This document shows, one piece after another, positions 1 to 16,075 of a DNA stretch of 64,000 nucleotides. Both the position numbers and the translations under genes were made by a program. Location of the stretch: the NCBI GenBank assembly GCA_963822965.1, contig CAWGJT010000006.1, positions 192,001 to 256,000 of the forward strand, written 5' to 3'. Each line of letters opens with the position of its first letter. Positions within the stretch are counted from its first letter, which is position 1. This DNA is from an uncultured delta proteobacterium (GTDB lineage: Bacteria; Myxococcota_A; UBA9160; UBA4427). Below the pieces are notes generated by a model that worked only from the letters and a program-made list of their open reading frames with translations, was not told the origin of the DNA and searched no databases.

Positions 1-3721
<3,721 letters not shown>

Positions 3722-3724
3722 GAT

Positions 3725-4231
3725 CTACGTTTCCCGCATCGAGTCAAGACCGAGGACGCGCGCAGCGGACTTCGCAAGCATGGCCTCCTCGTTCGTGTGG
3801 ACGACCCGCACCCTGACGCGGCCGGCATCCCGCGAAATCAGTGCTGCATCCTCTGCGTTACGCTCCGAGTCTAGCGCGATGCCCAGAAAACCGAGTCTGT
3901 CGCAGATCCGCTCCCGGATGAGCGGCGCGTTCTCACCGATGCCTCCTGCGAAGACGAGCGTGTCCAACCCGCCGAGCGCCGCGGCGAAGGAACCGATCCA
4001 CTTCACCATCTTCTGAAATTGCGTCGCGGTCATCTGCTCGGTGCGGGCCAGGTCGCCGACCCGTCCCGGGTCCAGATCGCCTGAGCGGCTGCCCATCATC
4101 AGTCCCTACGTTGGCGTGAAGCCCATGCTGGTGTCGACCCCGCGGCAAGGACGCGGTCGGCTGGGACCGTGTCGAAGCAGGCTACCTGAGGCAATACAGG
4201 ATGACGTTGGCCGGAATGCCTCCATCAACTC
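3725..4231 (-). pseudogene. ackA: acetate kinase remnant
   Basis: Disjoint motifs: ELMEAF(R/frameshift)QRHPVLPQVACFDT; VDTSMGFTPT*GLMMGSRSGDLDPG; KWIGSFAAALGGLDTLVFAGGIGENAP...TNEE. N-terminus absent, internal deletions, in-frame TAG at 4106-4108. Confidence 0.88.
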
Positions 4232-4342
4232 GTCATGCACGGCTCGGCGCAGGAGCACCAGACCGCCGGCCACGAGCACCATCTCGAGCAGGAAGGCGAT
4301 GTCTCCGGGGAACTGTGCCATGGGACCTCCTCGCGTCCGCAT

Positions 4343-5080
4343 TCATGCGGACGACTCGGGCTCGGATAGGGGCCTGCGCGCGGACCACCGCATGTCACAG
4401 ACAGGGTCCCCCGAAGAGAGGGTGTGGGCCCGCTCGTAGTGACCGCGCACGTCGCCGCCATCGTCCACGATGGCGTAGGTGAGTGCCCAATCGTAGGCGC
4501 ACCACGAGCGCCGGAAGACCTCGATCGCGTCCGGATCGTCGTGCGCCTCGGCGTAGCGGCGCGCGAAGTCGAACGGCGGGCAAAAGGTCCAGTCGGTGCG
4601 GAACGCCTCGGGCTCCGAGCTCGCCTCGACCGCGTAGCCTGGGCGGCCCCGCCCGCTGAAGGGGTAGGTGAGCAGCATCCGTAGCACCCACTCGAGGCGC
4701 CGCTGCGGGTCGCGCGTCAGCAGCCGGACGATGCCTCGCGGCAGGACCACCCCGCGCTCGTACACCTTCCAGCCGACGTCGGCGACGAGCTCCATTGCGC
4801 ACTCTCGCTCGAGCCCCGCATCGCGCAATGCGCGGTAGGCCGCAACCGTGAGCACGGCGAAGAGAACGTTCTGGCGGTTGCCGCGGGCGGGGATCTGCTC
4901 CAACCGGGCCTCCGGGAGCATCTCGTCCGCGAGCTTCCACGCGCGTGCCAGGATCGCATCGACCTCGTGAGCCAGCAGGCGCCCGCGTTCGGGACGGCTC
5001 CGATCCCACATCCGGCCCCTCAGGGCCTGCCGGGCCGCCCGCCGGGCCTCGCGACGCAGGAGGGCGCGAATGAGCTGCAT
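4343..5080 (-). CDS. L-2-amino-thiazoline-4-carboxylic acid hydrolase-like protein
   Basis: 245 aa with Cys pattern FCP...WCAYD...RAHTLSSGDPVCDMRW typical of the family. Confidence 0.65.
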   Translation of the reverse strand: MQLIRALLRREARRAARQALRGRMWDRSRPERGRLLAHEVDAILARAWKLADEMLPEARLEQIPARGNRQNVLFAVLTVAAYRALRDAGLERECAMELVADVGWKVYERGVVLPRGIVRLLTRDPQRRLEWVLRMLLTYPFSGRGRPGYAVEASSEPEAFRTDWTFCPPFDFARRYAEAHDDPDAIEVFRRSWCAYDWALTYAIVDDGGDVRGHYERAHTLSSGDPVCDMRWSARRPLSEPESSA

Positions 5081-5092
5081 CGCCGCCGCAAC

Positions 5093-5620
5093 CTAGCCAG
5101 CGTCGGCGATGTAGAGATCCGTTCGCTCCGGTGAGGTTCCTTCCAGAATCTCTTTGGCCTTGCGGACCTCATCCGGTGCTCCGTGGGTGACTACGAGAAA
5201 CTTGTCGGATTTGATCGCAGCCTCGTAGCTGAGGATGCTGTCCTTGGGGATGCCGATGCTGTAGAGCCCGGCACCCAGGGCACTGAGCCCGCCGACCACC
5301 GCGGCGCCTTCGAGCGCACCGACGATCCAGCTTGCCAACGGTCCGGCGACCACCAGCGGGCCGAGACCCGGCACCCAGAAGAAGGCGGATCCGAAGAGCA
5401 ATCCCCAGATGCCGCCCCAGAACGCTCCCATCTTGCCCCAGTACTTCATGCGGTCGCCGGCGTTGTAGTAGCCGACCACATTTTCCTCGGTGTGATAGTC
5501 CCTGCCGACGATCGACAGCTTCTTGATGTCGATTCCCGCTCGCTGAAGCTCCTTGATGGCTGCTTCGGCCTGGTTGTGGTGATCGAAAACGGCCACCGCG
5601 GCGTTCTTCTTGTCGGCCAT
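5093..5620 (-). CDS. general stress protein-like membrane protein (glycine-zipper)
   Basis: ATG 5620 with AAGGAG RBS; AVAVFDHHNQAEAAIKELQRAGIDIKKLSIVGRDYHTEE and GAFWGGIWGLLFG. Confidence 0.75.
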   Translation of the reverse strand: MADKKNAAVAVFDHHNQAEAAIKELQRAGIDIKKLSIVGRDYHTEENVVGYYNAGDRMKYWGKMGAFWGGIWGLLFGSAFFWVPGLGPLVVAGPLASWIVGALEGAAVVGGLSALGAGLYSIGIPKDSILSYEAAIKSDKFLVVTHGAPDEVRKAKEILEGTSPERTDLYIADAG

Positions 5621-5969
5621 GGGTTGGGTCTCCTTCTGCCTCGAGTCGATCGAAGCGATTTGTGCCCAGCCGATCACCCGCGCGGCGCGGTCGCCGCTCT
5701 GCTGCGGGCGTTCGGTCGAAAGGCAGGGTCTCATCGACCCTCGGCCGTCAGGGCTGATGCAGGAACCTATTCCGAACGGGAGACCGTCGGCATCCCGGGA
5801 TCCAGGGGAATCGCGCTCCGCATGTGCGGTTTCTCAGAACATCGAGCCCGAGGCGACGCCCGGATCGTCCTCCGCACCGGCTGCGCAACCGACGTGAGCC
5901 TCGTCGATGGCGTCTTCGACTTCATCGTCTGCACCTGGATGCTCTCGCGCGTGGCTCCTCGGAGCGAGA

Positions 5970-7052
5970 TCAGGCCGCCCGCATGGTCTTGCGCTTCGAC
6001 TCGATGCACGCGAGCAGGGCGTTCCAGGACTGGACGAACGAGTCGCGCCCGTCTGCCTGGAGCTTGGCCGCGAGCGCATCGACATCGATGCCCGTCTTGC
6101 CGACCGCCTCGACGACGGCGTCCGCCTCGGCGGTATCCGTGTCCAGGAGACCCTCCACGGCACCGCTCTCCGCAAAGCTCCGCAGCGTCTTCTCGGGCAC
6201 GGTATTGACGGTCCCCTCGGCCGCGAGCGCGGTCAGGTAGTAGCCGGCGGGCAGCGCGGGATCCTTCGTCCCGGTGCTCGCCCACAGGAGCCGTTGTGGC
6301 TGTGCGCCCGCCTCTGCCAGACGACGCCAGCGATCCGACGCCAGGATCTCCCGGTAGATCTTGTACGTTCGCTCAGCGATCGCGATGCCGAGCCGGTTCG
6401 CCAGCGCCGGCGGGAGGCGGGAGGCCGTCGCGCCGTCCCAGCGGGAGACGAAGAGCGACGCGACCGAGGGCACGTGGGCGCCCCTTCCTGCCTCCACCCG
6501 CTGCTCGATCCCTCGCAGGTAGGCCTCGGCGGCCGCGCGAACCTGCCCCCGCGAGAAGAGCAGCGTCACGTTGACCGGGATCCCCGCGGCGATGAGCTCC
6601 TCGATGGCAACCAGACCGGCGCCGGTACCCGGGACCTTGATCAGCACGTTGGGGCGCCCGGCTCTCGCGAAGAGCGCCTTCCCTTCCGCGACGCTTCGCG
6701 CCGCGTCGTCGGCCAGCGTCGGCGAGACCTCGATCGACGCGAACCCGTCCCGGCCCCCGCTGGCGTCGTAGATCGGCCGGAAGAGATCCGCGGCGGCGAC
6801 GATGTCCTCGAGGGCAAAGTCGAAGAAGAGGCGCTCTGCCGAGTACTGGGGCTCGAGGTGCCTGCGGATGGCGGCGTCGTAGCGGTCGGACGCCGCGATC
6901 GCATGCTCGAAGATGGTCGGGTTCGAGGTGAGGCCCGTCACCGAGAGGTTCGCGATGTAGCGTGCCAGGGTCCCGCTCTCGAGGAGCTCCCGGCTGATGC
7001 TGTCGAGCCAGATGCTCTGCCCCCCGTCTTGCAGTGTCTTCAGCGCAGTCAT
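5970..7052 (-). CDS. tal: transaldolase
   Basis: ATG 7052 with GGAGG RBS; GQSIWLD, GLTSNPTIF, SIEVSP, NVLIKVP, NVTLLFS, ASLFVSRWD, LLWASTG. Confidence 0.93.
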   Translation of the reverse strand: MTALKTLQDGGQSIWLDSISRELLESGTLARYIANLSVTGLTSNPTIFEHAIAASDRYDAAIRRHLEPQYSAERLFFDFALEDIVAAADLFRPIYDASGGRDGFASIEVSPTLADDAARSVAEGKALFARAGRPNVLIKVPGTGAGLVAIEELIAAGIPVNVTLLFSRGQVRAAAEAYLRGIEQRVEAGRGAHVPSVASLFVSRWDGATASRLPPALANRLGIAIAERTYKIYREILASDRWRRLAEAGAQPQRLLWASTGTKDPALPAGYYLTALAAEGTVNTVPEKTLRSFAESGAVEGLLDTDTAEADAVVEAVGKTGIDVDALAAKLQADGRDSFVQSWNALLACIESKRKTMRAA

Positions 7053-7084
7053 AACGACCTCCTCGTCGAGCGGAGTATGGCGTG

Positions 7085-7159
7085 TCAGTCCAGGTCGGCA
7101 AAGGTCGCCTCGACGAGAGCCTGCGCCTCGGCCTGGATCCGGTGCAGGCATCGTTGCAT
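7085..7159 (-). CDS. possible 24-aa small ORF
   Basis: AAGGAG RBS then MQRCLHRIQAEAQALVEATFADLD*, between the glucan synthase-like gene and tal. Confidence 0.3.
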   Translation of the reverse strand: MQRCLHRIQAEAQALVEATFADLD

Positions 7160-7204
7160 GGTCGGGCTCCTTCTCATCCCTCGCCGTTTCGCGACGACGA
7201 GCGC

Positions 7205-10200
7205 CTATCCGAGCACCACCTCTACGCTGTGCTCCGAACCGTCGTCGGACAGGGGCAAGAGCGCTCCTGCTGAGAGCACGCTTCCATCGAGACTCACACG
7301 CGATACGCCTCGGCAGACTCCGTTCGGGTTCTCGACGCGGATCCGGTAGAGCGAGCCGCCATGCCGGTAGGTGATCTCGAAGCGCTTCCATTCGCGGGGG
7401 ATGCAGGGGTCGATGCAGAGGGCGGAACCACGCTTGCGGAATCCGAGAATCGACTCCAGCCCCGCGCGGTAGAGCCAGCCCGCGGCTCCCGTGTACCACG
7501 TCCATCCGACCCGCCCGACGTGGGGCGGCTGCGAGTAGACGTCGGCGGCGACGGCGTAGGGCTCGCCCTTGTAGCGGTGAAGGTCCGTGCGGCGACTCGT
7601 ATGATGGATGGGGCTCAGCAGGTTGAAGTGCTCGACGGCCTTGTCGCCTTCGCCGAGCATCGCGAACGCGATGATCGACCAGACGGCGGCGTGCGTGTAC
7701 TGACCGCCGTTCTCCCGGATGCCGGGGACGTATCCCTTGACGTACCCGGGGTCCAGTGAGGTCCGGTCGAATGGAGGGGAGAAGAGCAGCATCAGGCGGT
7801 CGTCACGACGAACGAGCCGTCGCTCCACGGAGTCCATGGCCTGGCGAGCCCGCTTCTCGTCACCCGCACCGGAGAGAACGGCCCACGACTGGGCAATGGA
7901 GTCGATCTGGCACTCCTCGTTCTCCGCCGATCCGAGCGGCGTCCCGTCGTCGAAGAAGGCGCGCTTGTACCACTCGCCGTCCCACGCCTCCGCGTCCAGG
8001 GATGTCGCGAGAGAAGCGGCCGTGCTCCGCCAGGTGGCCGCACGCTCCGCTTCCCCGCGGCGGTCCGCGATGCAGGCGAAGTCTCTCAGGTTCACGAGCA
8101 GGAACCAGCCCAGCCAGACGCTCTCCCCCCTCCCCTCGTGGCCGACGCGGTTCATGCCGTCGTTCCAATCGCCGGCCCCGATCAACGGGAGGCCGTGGCG
8201 GCCCAGATCGAGGCTTCGGTCCAGTGCCCGCGCGCAGTGCTCGTAGAGCGTCGACCTGTCTTCCGACTCCGTGGGCTCGAAGTACGCCTCTTGTTGGCCC
8301 GCCTCGAGAGCCGGCCCCTCGAGCCAGGGCACCTCCTCGTCGAGCACCGCGTCGTCCTCGGTCGTCTGGAGATAGTGGCATACCGCGTACGGCAGCCAGA
8401 GACGGTCGTCGGAGATGCGGGTTCGCACACCGCGACCCGACGGGGGATGCCACCAGTGCTGCACATCCCCTTCGCGGAACTGCCGCGCCGCGGCTCGCAG
8501 GATGTGTTCGCGTACGAGGCCCGGCGTCGTCACCGCCAGCGCGAGAACGTCCTGCAGCTGGTCACGGAATCCGTACGCCCCACCAGATTGGTAGAACGCA
8601 GAGCGGGCCCATAGGCGGCAGGAGAGGGTTTGGTACAGAAGCCAGCGGTTCAGCAGAAGGTTGATCGAGGGATCGGGCGTCTCGACCTGCACCGTCCCCA
8701 GCAGCTCGTCCCAGTGGTCTTGGACTTCGCCGAGCACCGCGTCGGCGTCCACCGCGCGGTAGCGCTCGACGAGCGAGCGCGCCTCTTCGGGACCCGCACC
8801 CTGGCCGAGCAGGAACAGCACCTCGGCGCGCTCTCCCGGCTCGAGCTCCACCTGCGTGCGGAGAGCGGCGCAGGGGTCCAGGCCCGCTCCGGTCTTGCCG
8901 GATAGCTCCCGCCCTCGCTCCAGCGACGCGGGGTGATCGAGGCTCGCGTTCCGGCCCAGGAACTCGAGGCGGTCTCCGGTCCAGGAGGTTTGGCGCCCGC
9001 CCAGGTCGGCGAAAGCAATGCGCTCTGCGAATTCCGCGTTCCAGGGGTTTCGCGCGAACAGTGCTTGCGTCGCGGAGTCGATCTCGGTGACCACGTGCGG
9101 CGCAGAGCCTGTGCGCGAATCCCCGAGCACCCACTCCGCATAGGCCGTAATCGAAAGGCGCCGCTTCCGGGCCGACCGATTCTCCAGGGTGAGGCGCGAG
9201 ATCTTCACAGCGTCCCGGACGGGCACGAGCTGCAGCAGATCGAGTGCTATGCCGTGGGATTCGTGCTCGAAACGGCTGTAGCCCTGGCCGTGCCGGATGA
9301 CATAGGGCCAGGGCTCTTCGCGGATGGGAAGGAGGGTCGGCCCCCAGACCCGGCCGCTGTCCTCGTCCCTTACGTAGATCGCCTCGCCCGGCGTGTCGCT
9401 CGTGGGATCGTTCGACCAGGGTGTGAGCTTGTTCTCGCGGCTGTTCGCGGACCACGTGTAGCCGGAGCCCGCCTCGGAGACCTGGAAGCCGAACACCGGG
9501 TTCGCGACCACGTTGATCCAGGGAGCGGGCGTCCACTGTCCCTGGCCCAGAACCGTGACGTACTCGCGGCCGCCCGGTGCGAAGCCGCCGAGCCCGTTTC
9601 CGAACTCGAGATTCAGTGCCGGCGGAGAGATGACGGCGGGCGTCTCGGGTGCCGGGCGACGACGCGGCGGGAGCGGCGCGGGGCGGGGCCGGCCCAGCCG
9701 GACCACCTGCTCGGACAGCGTGCCCCGGTTCGCATGAATCACGATTCGGGCCGCGGCAAGAAGGAGCGTCTGGTCGCGCGACGACACGAGCTCGGCGCGC
9801 AGCAGATACACGCCGCCGCCCCTTCGCCCCTCCTCCTCCGGCGCATGGCTCGCGCGCACCATGCCCTCGAGCGATTCCTGGAGCGCCTGCGCGTAGGACG
9901 CCCCGCTGGCGTTGAGGATCACGAGATCGGCGGCGATCCCCTTCATGCGCCAATACTCATGTGCCCGCAGGAGCTGTCGCACGATGTCCCGCTCCTCGTC
10001 CCGCTCGATGCGAACCAGGGCGATGGGAAGGTCGCCGGAGATCCCGTAGGGCCAGAGCCCGGACGCACCGAGCTGGTTCCCTGCCATGACCTGAGGAGCC
10101 GAACGCAGCGTGGGATCGGTGTGAAGGAGACGGTTGGCCAGGCGCTGGAAGAGATGTGCCTCGTCCTGGGTGATTCGCAGGTGGTGCAGCTGGACCTGTG

Positions 10201-13200
10201 CCTGGGTCCAGGCCAGCGAGCTCTCTCGCTCGAAGGTCGCCGGCTGACGGTACTTCTCCGCCATCTGGAGCGCTTCGTCCCGTGTGGACGCGACGAGGGT
10301 GGTGAACACGAGACGAACCGTCGCTCCCTGCGGAATCGCCAGACGCTGGCGGAGGCTCACGATGGGATCCAGAACCGCCCCGGTCGTGCCCGAGAGCGAT
10401 CCCCCGTCGAGCACGGAGAGGGCAGACCGGACCCCGCGGCCCCGGCCCAGGAAGCGGGCGCGGTCGCTCTCGTACTGCAACGGGCGCGACCGGCTCCCCC
10501 TCGACGGCGGCCAGGTGAGCCAGCCAGACCCGGGGCTCGCCTGCGGAACGCGGGCGCCGCGTCGCCAGCAGCGTCCCGAGCTCGGGAACGAACTCCGTCT
10601 CCACGAACAGCTTCGAGAAGGCGGGGTGGGCCTCGTCCGCGCCCTGAGGAGCCAGCACGACCTCGGCATAGGACGTGAAGTCGATCTCACGGTCCCGGCT
10701 CCCGACATTGGTCACCGTCAGCTGGCGAAGCTCGGCATCGTCGTCGGGGGAGACCACGATCTCGAGGGTGATCGAGAGGGATCGGTCTCGCTGGATGATC
10801 TTGGCGCGGTCCTCGGAGTAGACGACCTCGTAGTGGTCGACCTCCGTTCCGCTCGGCTGGAAGCCAGCGGACCAGACGTCGCCGGTGTCGGCATCCCGCA
10901 GGAAGACGAACGTGCCCCAGTCGTCGCGCGTCGAATCCTCTCGCCAGCGGGTGACGGCGAGATCGTTCCAGCGGCTGAAGCCGGAGCCCGCCGCCGTGAT
11001 CATGACGGTGTAGCGGCCGTTGGAGAGAAGATGGGTGCGCGGCGTGATGTCGTGCGGCGACTCGAACCTTCGCAGCGTCGGGAGAACGAGATCGCGGACC
11101 AGCGGTGCTACCCGCACCTCCTCGCCCCGGGGCCGGGTCACGGCCACCGAACGCGGCGTCCGCTCCTGAAGCAGCAGCTCCGCGGCCTGGACCATGGGAT
11201 GGGCGTGAAAGCGCCTCGCGGGTCAGGCCGTCGTGAACCACGTTGCCCAGGGCGACCAGGGTCATCCCCTGGTGATGGGCCATGTAGCTCCGAACCACGG
11301 CCACCCGGCCGTTCTCGGGCAGGTTCGACGGGGTGTAGTCGAGGGCTTCGTAGAACCCATAAGCGCCTCGCGCTCCGGCCTGCTCGAGGCGCGCGAAGTT
11401 GTGGAGCGCAGCCTTCGGCTCCAGCATGGCCGCGAGTGCGGTCGCGTACGGAGCCACCACGACGTCCTCGAACAGCCCGCGCTTGAGCCCCAGACCCGGC
11501 ACCCCGAAGTCCGAGTACTGATACGTGAGCTCCACGTCTCGAATGTTGTAGGCCGATTCGGAGACGCCCCACGGAACCGTCCCGCTCCGCGCCGTACTGG
11601 ATCTGCCGCGCCACCACGAGACGGCAGGTGAGATCCAGCAGGCTGCGCGCGGGCTGCCGCATCACGAGCAGCGGCATCAGGTACTCGAACATGGAGCCCG
11701 ACCAGGAGACGAGCGCTGCACCGCGCCCGACCGGCGTGAGGGCCCGGCCCAGCAGGAACCAGTGCCGGGGCGAGACGTCGCCCTTGGCGATGGCCACGAA
11801 GCTTCCCAGCCTCGCCTCGGAGGCCAGCAGGTCGTAGCAGTTGGGATCGAGCGTGCCGTCGGCCACCCGATAGCCGATCGAGAAGAGCTTGCGCGAGGAG
11901 TCGAAGAGGAAGCGGAAGTCCATGGCCTGGACCATCGCTTCGGCGCGGAGTGCCAGGGCCGAGAGCCGATGCCCGAGGCCGGTCTCCGCTCTCCGGGACG
12001 CATCCAGACCCTCGAGAAGCAGGGCCGTGTCCGAGGTCGCGGGCGTGGCTCGCGACGCAGTCCCGCACGCTCTTCGCCCACGCCAGGACCTCGGATCGGG
12101 ATCCGTCCTCGACGTCGCTCGCGAGCGTGCGCGCGATGTCGAGAAGGTTCTCCGCCTGGGCCTCCAGCTCCTCGAGCCGGCCCACCCATTCGGGAAGCGA
12201 GGTCGGGGGCTCGTCGAGAGATGCCGCGATCGCCTCTGCCGCCTCGCCGCAGATGCGTCTCCGTGACCGTCTGGGTGCGCCGGGGACGCTCGGCCCTGCT
12301 CCTGCGCCTCGAGAACCAGCTCGAGAGCGTCCCGGATTCCCTCCAGGGTCTCCGGGCCGAAGCAGGGGGCGATGCACGAGCTCGCGGCACGCTTGCGCCA
12401 CGGCGATCAGGTGCCCCGCCAGATTGCCGCTGTCGACGGTGGAGACGTAGACGGGATCGAGCGGCCGGAGGTCCCGCGTGTCGTACCAGTTGAAGAAGTG
12501 CCCGCGGAAGCGCCGCAGGCGCGTCATGCGTATCGAGCGTGTCCTCGAGCCGTTTCGCCATGTCGAGGATCCCGATCCAGCCGAAGTCGTGGGCGACGGT
12601 CGTGCTCAGCAGATAGAGACCCAGATTGGTCGGCGAGGTGCGGTGCGCGACGACGGGCTCGGGGTCTTCCTGGAAGTTGTCCGGCGGGAGCGCGTTCTCC
12701 TCCTCGCTGACGAAGGTCTCGAAGAAGCGCCAGGTGCGGCGGGCAAGCCGGCGCAGCGAGCGCGTCTCGTCGGGGGAGAGGACATCGTGCCTCCACGAGC
12801 CTTGGCGGCAGGCTCATCCGCCAGGCGACGACGGGCGACAGCGACCCACAGGAGAACGAACGGCGTGGCCACCGGCCAGGCGCCCGGCGCGAACAGCGCC
12901 GACGAGCACGCCCGCCGCGACGGCGAGGCCGACGCCCGAGCGTAGGTGCCGGTAGAAAGCGCGGAGGCTCAGATCGGCCCCGTATCCCGCCTGCGCGGCC
13001 GGAACCCACTCGAGGAGGTTCCGCTTCGTGACGTAGAGCCGCCCGAGCGTGCGCACCACGGCGTCCGCCATGAGCCAGGCCTGGTGGGCCAGCATGGTGA
13101 TCGCCAGGAACGCCTGCGAAAGAGCCACGAAGATGTCGTCGCCCACCGCGCGCAGGTGGCTGCGCTTGGAGATTCCCCGCCGCCTGGGGACGAGGCCGTC

Positions 13201-15901
13201 GAGGACCGGGATGAAGGCCGGCACCGCGACGGAGCCCACGAAGAGACCGGTCCACAGGAGCGCGAGAAACACCCGGCAACGTCCACGCCGCCGCCGCCAG
13301 GAGAAGCGACGCTGGGGCGACGAGGCTTCGACGAAGATTGTCGACCATCTTCCATCGACCCTGGGCGGGGATGCGAGGCCCCGGCCTCACCCGGCGGCGT
13401 CGCGCGCGTGGCCCAGGATCCAGGGCAGGAGCTGCCAGTCGCCCCGCACCCAGCGATGCTGGCGGCGCGCGGCCACCTCGTAGTTCGACGGGAACTCCTC
13501 GAAGAGATCCACGTCCGTCAGCAGCCCGGCGCGCGCGAACAAGCCCTCGAAGAGATCGTGGCTGAGAAGCGCGTTCTCGGGCGACCTTGCCCTCGAGCGC
13601 CGCCTCGAAGGCATCGACGTCGTAGATCCCCTTGCCCGTGTAGGACCCCTCTTCGAAGAGGTCCTGATACACATCGGAGACCGCGGCCGCGTAGGGGTCC
13701 ACGCCGCCGGGACCCGAGACGATGCGCTGGTAGGTCGTGCTGGCCGGGCCGGTGGGCAAGCGACGGCGTGATCCGGGGCTGCATGACCGCGTAGCCCTCG
13801 ACGACGCGCCCCTTCCCGGGGTCGAAGCGCGGCCGGTTCAGCGGGTGCGCCATCGCCCCGACGAGGCGGTAGGCGGCGCCCTTGGGAAGCCGGGTGTCGG
13901 CGTCCAGGGTGATGACGTAGCGGACGCTCTGCGGGCACCGCGGGCGGCCGTCCGTGCGACCGGAATGAACGAGGTGTCCGTGGCGCCGCGAAGCAGCCGG
14001 TTCAGCTCGTGGAGCTTGCCTCGCTTCCTCTCCCAGCCGATCCACTGGCCTTCCTGCTCGTTCCAGAGACGCCGGCGGTGCAACAGGAGGAAGCGCGCCC
14101 CGCCTCCGGGCGGGCCCTCGTAGCGCGCATTGAGGCGCTCGATGCCCTCGGCCAGCGCGGCGACCAGCTCCTCGTCGCCGGGCATGCGCTCGCAGGTCGC
14201 GTCCGCCCAGTCGGTCAGCAGGGCGAAGTGGAGATGGCCCTCGGGGTTGGCCAGATAGTGCACTTCGAGTCGCTCGAGCTGCTCCTCGAGGTCGGCGAGG
14301 CTCGTGAGCAGCGAGGGCACGGCGACCAGGGTTCGAAGCTCCGGCAGGCACGCCCTGTGCGAGCTCGAGCTTCGGGAGCCTCCTGGGCGGAAGCAGGGCC
14401 GCGACCAGGCGATGGACGAGGGACACCGCGATCTCCGAGGCGGGCACGAGGCCGAGGATCGCCAGCAGGACGAGGCTCCAGGGCCCTGCCCCCGCCGACT
14501 GCGCGACGAGCACGAGCCCGCAGAGCTGCAGGGCGCTGAGGGCGGCGATCGCTCCCAGATAGCCCGCGATCGCGTGGGCGCGGCAGACGCGCAGCAGCCG
14601 GAGCCGCAGGGGAGAGCGAAAGCCCAGCCTGCCGCTCGAAGTCCCGCCGGCCCTTGGAGACGAGGCGAGTAGCCCGGATCCTCCTCGGCGCGCTCGGGAA
14701 CACCGGGAAGCCTCGGCCCGCTCGGTCGGGGCCTCGCTCTCCGGCCGCGGTGGCGAGGCGTCTGCCGGTCCTCTTCGGCTGCGTTCCGCGCCACGCAGCA
14801 CGGCTTCCCGCGCCACCTCGAGCTCCGATCGCCCCGAGCCCCGGGACAGCAGCTCGATCTGCTTGCGGTACTCGTCCCGCGTCGCGAAGTCCATGGCCGA
14901 AAACGCGGGAGCGGTGCGCAGCACCTCGTCCACCAGGCTGACGCTCTCGAAGAACTCGAGCCAATCGATGGAGGACATCCATCGCATGCTGCTGATGATG
15001 TTGCGGACGGTCGCGTTGGCCGCGCCCTGGGCGTGGTGTTCCTCGGCCACCACCTCGCTGGAGGACGTCCCCTGGGCGGCGAGCTTCCGATCGAGCCAGT
15101 CCAGGGCCGGCATGATCGACTGCGTCCTGGTCGCGCAGCCGCTGGACCAGCTGGACTGCGAACGCCCGAGCCAGGGGGGTGTCGTCCAGACCGCGCAGGA
15201 CGTCCTCGGTGCTCTCGGCGGGCCGACCGGAGAGGCCCAGCAAGCGGTCCGCCAGCTCGTCGGCCCGGGCCCGCTCCCGTCGAGAGTCTACGATCAGCTG
15301 CGACAGCCGCCGCAGGTTCTCCACGAGTGCCATGCGCAGGTGGATCGGCACGGCCCAGAGCTCGCCGATGCCCGAGAGGCTGGACGCGCTGGTAGGCCCG
15401 GACGAAGCGCGCCAGCGTCTCCAGCTCGAAGCGACTGTCGGTGTGGGCCACGTAGGCCCAGGCCAACCCGTAGACGCGCGGAGTTCCCGCCAGGTGGCCC
15501 GCGGCGATCTTCGGCAGCCGGCGGTAGTAGCTCTCCGGAAGGTGGTCTCGGATCTCCCGGAGCTGCTCGTCCACGACGTGGAAGTTGTCGAGGAACCACT
15601 CCTCGGCGAGCGTGATCTCACTCTTCTCGCCGACCGCCCGGACGACGTCGTGATACGCGTCCAGAAGTACGCGCTCGTTCTCGCGGACCCGAGCAAGAAG
15701 GCTCCGTCCCTTCGTGGGTTTCTCGGGTGGTTCGATCGGCTGCAGCCAGGCTCTCGGCGTGTTGCTCGAGGCGCTCGATGCCGAACAGCTCAGCGCGGAT
15801 CGGCTCTTCTCGCGCCGATGCGGCGCTCGGCGCGCTGTCGGTTGGCGCTCATGTTCGCTCGCGTTCTCCCGGCGGAAGGATCTCTCGGAGTCTGGCTTCA
15901 T
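7205..15901 (-). CDS. ndvB: cyclic beta-1,2-glucan synthase-like (NdvB/Cgs; glycosyltransferase + glucoamylase-like + GH94 domains), multiply frameshifted
   Basis: Fragments in alternating frames: [112 protein letters not shown]. Confidence 0.88.
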
Positions 15902-16027
15902 GACGAGGGACGAAGACGCGGATCTTGCCCAGCTCTTCCTGCTCCTCGGCGGGGGCTCCCTATAGACTAGGAAGGCTTACGCCGGGACCGCTTGCCGTCT
16001 CGCATCGCTCTGGAGTATGCGACAGAC

Positions 16028-16045
16028 TGCTTGATACATCAAGCA
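16028..16045. promoter_or_regulatory. palindromic operator-like site TGCTTGAT-AC-ATCAAGCA
   Basis: Perfect 8-bp inverted repeat in an AT-richer intergenic stretch upstream of the ndvB-like gene. Confidence 0.45.
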
Positions 16046-16075
16046 TCTAGCAAGGACGCTTGACCGCTTTAGCAG

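Noticed and set aside
4106..4108. In-frame TAG in ackA as possible recoding (pyrrolysine or readthrough)
   Set aside because: The gene also has deletions and a frameshift; TAG is a normal stop elsewhere; no pyl genes or CUA tRNA are seen.
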